64,000 bases of DNA, from the NCBI GenBank assembly GCA_965263035.1, contig OZ253580.1, positions 5,984,001 through 6,048,000 on the forward strand. The letters run 5' to 3'. Positions 57,273-64,000 of this stretch are shown here, piece after piece. Below the pieces are notes generated by a model, which had not been told where the DNA came from, did no database searches, and worked only from the letters and a program-made list of their open reading frames with translations. This DNA comes from Acidobacteriota bacterium (GTDB lineage: Bacteria > Acidobacteriota > UBA6911 > RPQK01 > JAJDTT01). How positions within the stretch are numbered: position 1 is the first letter of the stretch; each line of letters opens with the position of its first letter. Position numbers and translations under genes: made by a program.

Positions 57273-59268
57273 CCCAGATTATTCATCACGCAAACATAAA
57301 ATGAGCAAGCGTGCCCGTCATGTCGAGTCGGATCAGAGGGTTACGGGATACCCACAGAAAACGGATGGGATCCGACCTGGGTGAAACGCTATATTTGTTT
57401 TCAACGTCGGTTTAACCCCAGGATTCAAGTGGGGCCGAAACCCAAGCATTTCCACGGTTTTCGTCCCCTCCAAGGGCGGCATAAAGAGACGGCGTGCCCG
57501 TCATTTGTGGTATGATTATAGTGCTAAGAAACAACCACAATAAACGGAGCACGCCATGCCTGAGACGATACCGCAGATCCGGCCCTCATTCAACCGATCC
57601 CTCCGCCTCGAGACCCGCCCCGAGTTGCTCAGTGCGGACACGGGAGCCCTGGTGCAACGGGAGCTGATGGAGCGCAGCGGCCTCATCGACTGGTTGACCG
57701 AGCGGTTGCACGATCCGCGACACCCGAGTTCGATCCGCTATCCGCTGTCGGATCTGCTGCGGACTCGACTCCTGCTGCTGGGTCAGGGCTGGCGCGACCA
57801 GTCCGACGCCGACCGCCTGCGTCAGGATCCGAGCTTGCGGGTGGCGAGCCGGACCCGTCGGGGCACGGCGGCCTTGGAGGAGGGCCAGGGGCTGGCGTCG
57901 CAGCCGACCTTGTCCCGACTGCTGGACACGCTCAGCCGGGAGGAGAACCTTCCGGTCCTGCACCAGGCGGTGACGGAGCTGGCGTGCCGTCGGATCGAGA
58001 TGATCGAAGGCCAGCGGCGAAAACGGGGGAAAAAGACCCCACGGAAGAAGAGACGGAAAAAGACGATGTACCTGGACGTGGACGGTCTCCCGGTCGAGGT
58101 CCATGGGCATCCCCCGGGAAGCGAATGGAACGGATACTATCGCCAGCGGATGTACCACGGGTTGGTGGCGAGTTGTGCCGAGACGGGGGACCTGATCGAC
58201 GGGGAGATTTTTCCGGGAGCCAGCTACCTGGGGAAAAAGGCGCTGAAGTTGACGCTGCGGGTGGTGGACCGCTGTCGGGGGCGTCTGTGCGGCTCGATGA
58301 TCGTGCGGATGGATGCGGGGTTCCCGGAGCCGGGGCTGCTGAAGGGGCTGGAGTCGAGAAGCGTGCCCTATATCGCTCGAATCCGCAAGAATGAGGTCCT
58401 GAACCGGATGGCGAAGCCCTACTTGACCCAGCCGGCGGGGCGATCCCCGAAAGAGCCGCCGAGGCTCTGGTTCCATGAGCTGACCTACCAGGCGGAGAGT
58501 TGGGATCGGGCGCGCCGGGTGGTGCTGGTGGTGCGGGAGCGACCGGGGGAGTTGTATCCGGATCATTTCTGGTTGCTGACGAGCCTGAGCCGGAAGCGTT
58601 ATGAGGCGGAAGCGTTGCTGACACAGTATCGAAAGCGGGGGAAGGCGGAAGGGCACATGGGGGAGTTGATGGACGTGCTCGATCCGGCCTTGTCCTCCGC
58701 GAGCCGGCCCAAGACGCACTATCGGGGCCAACCGCTGAAGTCGGAAGCCAAGCCGGAAGCGAGGACGGAGGCCGGCGTTCGACCCCACAACGAAGTCTTG
58801 TTCCTGCTGAATCTTCTGGGGTACGAGATCCTGCACCTGGGTCGGGTGCTGATGGAGCAGGCGACGCGTCGGGGCTGGAGTCTGCGTCGTTTTCGCGAGC
58901 GGGTGTTGCGAGTGGCGAGTCGGGCGCTACGTCAGGGGAGGCGATTGATTTTCGTCATCAGTCAAGGGGCGACGGACTGGAAGGAGTTGTGGCAGAGACT
59001 GGCGCGGGTGTCCTGGGCGCCGGGATAGTGGACGGAGGAGGCATCGGGCCCGTGGAAGGGACCGAAACGGTGGGGATTTCTCACCGGAAAGTCAATCTGT
59101 CGGCGGGTGACGGTCCCCCTGGCCGGAAAACGGTTTATGACTGGTTCAATCGTCCTGTTTTTGAGCCGATTCAGTCGAATCGACAGAGCTTCAAGAGAAA
59201 CCGGGCTCCGACCGCACGAAAACGCCGGGTTGGAAGCCCTTATCAACATGTTCCATGAATAATCTGGG
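57273..59268 (+). mobile_element. Complete IS1380-family element (1996 bp)
   Basis: TIRs CCCAGATTATTCAT / ATGAATAATCTGGG; 5-bp TSD TTCAC at 57268-57272 and 59269-59273. Confidence 0.95.
57556..59028 (+). CDS. IS1380-family DDE transposase
   Basis: LSADTGA, LHDPR, DADRLRQDP, LASQPTLSRL, LDVD, VRMDAGF, YRKRGKAE. Confidence 0.93.
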   Translation: MPETIPQIRPSFNRSLRLETRPELLSADTGALVQRELMERSGLIDWLTERLHDPRHPSSIRYPLSDLLRTRLLLLGQGWRDQSDADRLRQDPSLRVASRTRRGTAALEEGQGLASQPTLSRLLDTLSREENLPVLHQAVTELACRRIEMIEGQRRKRGKKTPRKKRRKKTMYLDVDGLPVEVHGHPPGSEWNGYYRQRMYHGLVASCAETGDLIDGEIFPGASYLGKKALKLTLRVVDRCRGRLCGSMIVRMDAGFPEPGLLKGLESRSVPYIARIRKNEVLNRMAKPYLTQPAGRSPKEPPRLWFHELTYQAESWDRARRVVLVVRERPGELYPDHFWLLTSLSRKRYEAEALLTQYRKRGKAEGHMGELMDVLDPALSSASRPKTHYRGQPLKSEAKPEARTEAGVRPHNEVLFLLNLLGYEILHLGRVLMEQATRRGWSLRRFRERVLRVASRALRQGRRLIFVISQGATDWKELWQRLARVSWAPG

Positions 59269-59372
59269 TTCACTTTGGGGATTATATACGAAAGTGCCGA
59301 AAAAGTTGCCCGTAGGGGTTGATAATGCCGGTACTTTCCTATAGAATATGTCTTGTAAGTCAGGAGGATGCA

Positions 59373-60323
59373 ATGAGTTACGAGACACGGAACAAGGCAC
59401 CCGGAAAGGCGTTCCGAGAGGGACTTTCACTTCGCGGATTCTTCAAGAGATTTCCCGACGATAAAGCCGCTGAGGAATGGTTCATAAAGCAGCGGTGGCC
59501 GGAGGAAGTCTGTTGCGTCCATTGCGGCTCCACCAACGTCCAGACCGGAGCCAAGCATCCTTCCATGCCGTATCGTTGCCGCGATTGCGGCAAGCGGTTC
59601 AGCGTCCGGGTCGGGACGGTTATGCAGTCCTCCAAACTCGGCTATCAGACTTGGTTGCTTGCGACCTACCTCCTTACTACCAGCCTCAAGAGCGTTTCCT
59701 CCATGAAGCTGCATCGTGACCTGGACGTAACACAGAAGACGGCTTGGCACCTTGCTCACCGGATACGGAAAGGTCTGAACCTGACTGGAATGGCCCTGTT
59801 CTCCGGCCCGGTCGAGGCTGACGAGGCGTATCTCGGCGGAAAGCGGAAGCATATGCCGAAGGCCAAACGCGCCAAACTGGAGGGACGTGGAGCCGTTGGA
59901 AAGACGGCCGTGGCTGCCGTCAAAGATCGCCCCTCCAACCAAGTGTCGGCCCGAGTCGTCCCTGACACCAAGTCTGAAACCCTCTCCCGTTTCGTCTTGG
60001 AGCACGTGGGAGAAGATGCCAAGATCTACACGGACGATTCAACCTCTTACGGCCGGCTTGTCCATCACGAGACGGTCAGGCATTCTCTTCAGGAGTACGT
60101 CAAAGGCAACTGCCACACCAACGGAGCCGAATCATTCTGGTCCATGTTGAAGCGGAGTTACCACGGAACCTTTCACCACTTCTCGGAACAGCACACCGAC
60201 CGATACGTTGGAGAGTTTGCCGCACGTCACAACCTAAGGCGCATGGACACGTTGGATCAAATGGCCCTGGTCGCTGACCGGATGGTGGGAAAGCGGCTGC
60301 GTTACAAGGATTTGGTGGGTTGA
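59373..60323 (+). CDS. IS1595 (ISXO2-like) transposase
   Basis: Zn ribbon CVHC...CRDC, VEADEAYLGG, IYTDD, HTNGAESFWSMLKR; RBS AGGAGG. Confidence 0.93.
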   Translation: MSYETRNKAPGKAFREGLSLRGFFKRFPDDKAAEEWFIKQRWPEEVCCVHCGSTNVQTGAKHPSMPYRCRDCGKRFSVRVGTVMQSSKLGYQTWLLATYLLTTSLKSVSSMKLHRDLDVTQKTAWHLAHRIRKGLNLTGMALFSGPVEADEAYLGGKRKHMPKAKRAKLEGRGAVGKTAVAAVKDRPSNQVSARVVPDTKSETLSRFVLEHVGEDAKIYTDDSTSYGRLVHHETVRHSLQEYVKGNCHTNGAESFWSMLKRSYHGTFHHFSEQHTDRYVGEFAARHNLRRMDTLDQMALVADRMVGKRLRYKDLVG

Positions 60324-60825
60324 ACGAAAATCGACTGAGCTTTGGAGACAACCTTGAAGTCATGCGGGAGGATGTCCCGGATGAATCCGTTGGGAACACA
60401 CCCAATACATTGGCCTTCCCCATACCATCACACACGCTCAGGAGCTTGCCGGCATCGATAAATTCCGGTTTGAGAGGTGGGCTGCTGCTCTGGTGGACGG
60501 TATGGAGCCGAACCGAATCCAGAGACGGGATGGCGGAATTGACGGCGTGGGACGGCTCCCGATCCGCAAGGGCCGGTTCATTGACATCGTTTCTCAGGTC
60601 AAAGGCGGCTCTACCAATCCCGGACACGTCCAAGCCTTCAACGGCGCACGTCAACAGGCCGGAGCTGATCTCGGCATCTTCACCTGCTTTCGAGACAGAG
60701 TGACCAACGGCATGAGAAATGCCGCCGTCAACGCCGGACGCTTCATGGACCTGCCCAAGATTCAAATCTACACGCCGGAAGACTACTTTGAGGGGAAGCA
60801 ACCTAGGATGCCGAGGGCCGCATGA
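60320..60825 (+). pseudogene. Internally deleted DNA methyltransferase-Mrr-like endonuclease fusion (IS passenger)
   Basis: N-terminal NRLSFGDNLEVMRE...DESV is joined out of frame to GLP...DKFRFERWA...DGGIDG...SQVKGG. The DPPF catalytic core is missing. Confidence 0.72.
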
Positions 60826-61004
60826 AGAAACCCAGACACAATCCCCAACATCCCACCATCGAACTGGTCAAGGATTCCTACCAACCGACCAAGGCCGAAC
60901 TGGAACAGGATATGCGCGTGGAAGCAGACTTCGAGGAGCTGGCCCGTGCATTGGTCCAGCCCGTGAATATCAGATGGATAGACCGGCCACGGAACCGGCG
61001 TTAA
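60822..61004 (+). CDS. Small hypothetical protein (IS passenger)
   Basis: ATGA overlap with the upstream stop; YQPTKAELEQD...FEELARAL. Confidence 0.6.
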   Translation: MKKPRHNPQHPTIELVKDSYQPTKAELEQDMRVEADFEELARALVQPVNIRWIDRPRNRR

Positions 61005-61038
61005 TGCTCAGGTTTCGGCACTTTCGTATATAATCCCC

Positions 61039-61778
61039 TTCACTTTCGGCATTTCGATATAGGGTAGATGCATATATTCTTCGTGCCGATTATTGGAAAA
61101 CCCTCCGTAGGGCCCCTCACCGATAACTTGTATGGTCCGGCCGGCCATCATTCCCGCTCCCCAATCCATGGCCCAGCACACCAAAATTCCATTCTGGTAC
61201 GGAGCATTGAAGAACTGATCCGGCGGAGCCACTTCGGGGGCGATGGCTTTCAAGGAAGGGGGGGCCTGGCTGGCAGTCCACCACTGGGTCCACCCCAGAT
61301 AAGAGCCCCCTGTCATGCCAACATTGCCGTTGGACCAGGACTGGCGAGCCAGCCACTCGACGAGGTCGTAACCGTCCGTCTTGTGTTTCTCGTCGAAGAT
61401 GTCAGTCTCCCCTTCCGAATCGTATCGGCCTCGCAAATCGGAAATGGCGAAGACGTAACCGCGTCGCGCAAACCACTTGGCTCGATCCGTTCCAAACCCG
61501 GCTCTTCCACCGAGATTGCTGTAACCCGTGTGGCTCAGTATCACGGGGAACCTTCCCGGAGCGTCGGGCCGGTAGAGGTCCACGGAGAGTCTTACCCCGT
61601 CTCTCATGGGCACCATGTTCCCCAGCACGACCTTCGATTCGTACTCTGGTTCGGAATAGTTCCCCGAATCCGGTTTCTGGGCCCCTGCCAACGCCGGAAA
61701 ACCAAGGCCCACCAGGGATAGGGTCGATACAATCCTTTGCCCGCGTCCCATCACCCCTCCCTTCCGCGCCTTCTTCAT
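61039..61778 (-). pseudogene. CocE/NonD hydrolase, 5' part
   Basis: VPMRDGVRLSVDLYRP, DLRGRYDSEG, DGYDLVEW, GGSYLG nucleophile motif. Confidence 0.9.
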
Positions 61779-61794
61779 TCCCAGAAAAACATGG

Positions 61795-61868
61795 GGGCTA
61801 GGAGGACATCCTTGTCCCCCTCTTCATCGCCAGCCCGGAATCGGGGGTTGCAAACCCCCGCTCCCACG
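61795..61868. repeat. REP-like pair, same family as 22968-23292
   Basis: GGAGGACATCCTTGTCCCC and GAATCGGGGGTTGCAAACCCCCGCTCCCAC. Confidence 0.7.
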
Positions 61869-61948
61869 CTCCCCCTTATTCTGCCAGTTGGTGTTGTGCT
61901 CACTTCTATCGTTTGGGGATAAACGGCGGCAAACTGCAATGACCGGAC

Positions 61949-63172
61949 TCAGCCCAGGGACCGGATCTCCTCGATGAGGGGCCAGAAGTTCAACTGGTCC
62001 ACCGCGTGGCCGCGGTACATCCCCACCGAGTCCGCCCCGTTCGCCAGGGCGGTCCGGGCGGCTTCCAGCATCAGCTTGGGGTCCTGGAAGCTCCCGACGT
62101 GGTAGCAGGACAGCTCCACGATGAGAGGACACCGCCCCCGGATCAATTTCGCCAACTGGCTGGTGTAGCGCTCCACCCGGGTCAGGTCGGAAGTGGTCCG
62201 GAACCAGAGGTAGAGTTTGTCCGTCAGCGACTCGTCGAGCCAGGCGCGGAGATCCTGGAAGGCGCCCAGGTAACGGTCTCCGTGAGGCCCCGCCAGATCC
62301 TGGGCGATGACGGCTATGGTAACGGGGGCTTCCGGGTGCAGGGCCTTCATGCGACGGCGCAGCTCCCGAAGCGTCTCGGTGACGAAACCGGCCCGGAAAC
62401 GCAGCCATTCCGGGTCATGGTTCGGGAGTCCTGACGGACTCTTGCCGCTCCGTTTCCGGTACGCCTCCACCATCGGGGATTCGTAACCGTGGATCGCGGC
62501 GCCGTGGCCGTCCCGGAGTTCGCTCACGAACTCCACCTGCACGCCATGGCCGCCCGATTCCTCCACGATCTCCAGGTACCGGTCGACCATGTACGACCGC
62601 ACCTCGGGAACGGCCAGGCTCATGGAGAGCCGGCTCCCCAGCTTGAGTTCGCGGTCGCCTTCCCGGTCCAGCGCCCACCAGTCCGGATGTTCCTTGGCGA
62701 ATGAGCCGATGCTCAGCATGGCTCGGGGGCTGTTCCAGATGGGGCGATGCCGATCCAGCTTTTCCTTGAGCCGGGCGGAGCCGTAGGGAAGACCGATGTA
62801 GTTGAGGGACCAGTTGGCCCGCATCCGCCTCGCGCCATGGCTGTTGAACGCCATGTAGGGATGCATCACGATCCCCTTCTCCCGGGCCGCCTGGGCCAGG
62901 ATCAGGGACCCGCGAGTCGGAACCAGATGGGTCACGCCATGCCGAGCGCACTTCTCGACGAAGTCGATGACGGCCGGCTCATCGGAAGGCTGGGTCGGAC
63001 TGATCAATCCGCCCGGAGCACACCAAAGTGAAAACCTGGGATCCCCGGAGCGTTTCGCCGCCGAAGCTGCAACCGCCTTCGCGGTCGCGGGTGGAGCCGC
63101 GGCCACGGCTCCGTAGGCCAAGCTCCTCTCCAGGAAACGGCGGCGGCTGAGATTGGAGGACGACTCGGACAT
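61949..63172 (-). CDS. Tat-exported glycoside hydrolase-like (GHL10/DUF187-type) TIM-barrel protein
   Basis: SRRRFL Tat motif; HPDWWALDREG, LAVPEVRSY, WLRFRA..VT...REL, QD...W. Confidence 0.7.
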   Translation of the reverse strand: MSESSSNLSRRRFLERSLAYGAVAAAPPATAKAVAASAAKRSGDPRFSLWCAPGGLISPTQPSDEPAVIDFVEKCARHGVTHLVPTRGSLILAQAAREKGIVMHPYMAFNSHGARRMRANWSLNYIGLPYGSARLKEKLDRHRPIWNSPRAMLSIGSFAKEHPDWWALDREGDRELKLGSRLSMSLAVPEVRSYMVDRYLEIVEESGGHGVQVEFVSELRDGHGAAIHGYESPMVEAYRKRSGKSPSGLPNHDPEWLRFRAGFVTETLRELRRRMKALHPEAPVTIAVIAQDLAGPHGDRYLGAFQDLRAWLDESLTDKLYLWFRTTSDLTRVERYTSQLAKLIRGRCPLIVELSCYHVGSFQDPKLMLEAARTALANGADSVGMYRGHAVDQLNFWPLIEEIRSLG

Positions 63173-63175
63173 GGC

Positions 63176-64000
63176 CTACTTCAAGAAGGCGGCGACCTCC
63201 TCTTTGTTCCCCTCCTGGGCCAGGGTCCGGGCGGTCTTGCCATCCTCGTTCTTGGCCTTGGCGTCGGCTCCAGCCTCCACCAGTGCCTTGACCGCTTCGG
63301 CATGGCCGTTTACCGCCGCGTACATGAGTCCGCTCCAACCCTGCTTGTCCTGCACGTTGACGTCGGCTCCCGCCTCGACCAGGGCCTTCACGGTTGCCGT
63401 GTGCCCTCCCTCGGCGGCCCAGACCACGGAGGTCTTTCCATCCGGATCCGTCCCCTCCGCGTCGACCCCCTCGTCCAGCAGGGCCGTGACGCTCTCGGTG
63501 TCGCCCAGTTTGGCCGCCAGCAGAACCGAAGGAGATCCATCGCTGGTCATGGAATAGGCGTCCGCACCATGGCTCAGGAGAGCTCGCGCCGTCTCTCCGT
63601 GTCCGGCCCCGAGCGCCATGATCAGGGCGGTTCCGCCGCTCTGATCCGCGATGTCCAGGTTGGCTCCCTTCTCCGCCAACACTCCGATGACCTCTCCGTG
63701 GCCCCGAGCCGCGGCCCAGAGCACGGCCGTCCGCTTCCGGTTGTCCTGCGCCTCCACTTCGGCTCCAGCCTCCAGCAGGGCCTGGACCGTCCCGGCATGA
63801 CCGCTCGCCGCAGCTGCCATCAGCGGCGTCCGCTCCTCGGAATCCCGGATCTCGATGTCGGCACCGCCACCGATCAGGGATTGGACCACGGCGTCGTGGC
63901 CGTGACCGGCGGCAAGGATGAAGGCGAGCTGTCCCTCCTGTCCCTCTTCCTCGCTGGCCACATTGGCATCGGCCCCCTGTGCCAGGAGTTCCTTGACGGC
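63176..64000 (-). CDS. Ankyrin repeat protein (5' end outside window)
   Basis: At least 8 ankyrin repeats (TPLMAAAASGH...LLEAGA.V...D). Confidence 0.93.
   Translation of the reverse strand, partial: AVKELLAQGADANVASEEEGQEGQLAFILAAGHGHDAVVQSLIGGGADIEIRDSEERTPLMAAAASGHAGTVQALLEAGAEVEAQDNRKRTAVLWAAARGHGEVIGVLAEKGANLDIADQSGGTALIMALGAGHGETARALLSHGADAYSMTSDGSPSVLLAAKLGDTESVTALLDEGVDAEGTDPDGKTSVVWAAEGGHTATVKALVEAGADVNVQDKQGWSGLMYAAVNGHAEAVKALVEAGADAKAKNEDGKTARTLAQEGNKEEVAAFLK

Larger units (their letters stand above)
59277..61038 (+). mobile_element. IS1595-family element with passenger genes (1762 bp)
   Basis: Perfect 26-bp TIRs GGGGATTATATACGAAAGTGCCGAAA; 8-bp TSD TTCACTTT at 59269-59276 and 61039-61046. 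Confidence 0.95.

Noticed and set aside
1-64000. tRNA/rRNA genes or known riboswitches
   Set aside because: No cloverleaf, rRNA or recognisable riboswitch consensus found by eye; a covariance-model scan was not possible.

Overview
GC-rich bacterial window. Gene content (LRR, ankyrin and TPR/MORN proteins, FG-GAP repeats, orphan substrate-binding proteins, many IS and pseudogenes) suggests a host-associated Acidobacteriota-like organism such as a sponge symbiont; this is an inference. Housekeeping and catabolic genes (TonB receptor, GNATs, GT2, PhyH, JmjC, haloacid dehalogenase-like hydrolase, BNR lipoprotein, class IV aminotransferase, ceramidase-like, M14 peptidase, putA, RRM protein) alternate with accessory DNA. 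Three complete IS elements have readable TIRs and TSDs: an IS4 splits a ~1720-aa LRR-metzincin gene, and IS1380 plus IS1595 sit at the same site in a CocE/NonD gene. The most unusual signal is a decayed tyrosine recombinase followed by a repeated ~130-bp module. The module is a loxP/dif-shaped palindrome (10-12-bp arms, TAA-N6-TTA core), a conserved linker and a TGAGCC-N17-CACAT promoter-like motif, usually in front of a small secreted or membrane protein gene. The islands carrying it end in copies of the 3' end of the upstream host gene. Together this looks like an integron-like cassette system built on double-stranded palindromic sites. A second non-coding signal is a ~220-bp conserved leader with a covarying 13-bp stem upstream of both LRR genes. 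No rRNA, tRNA or CRISPR array was found.
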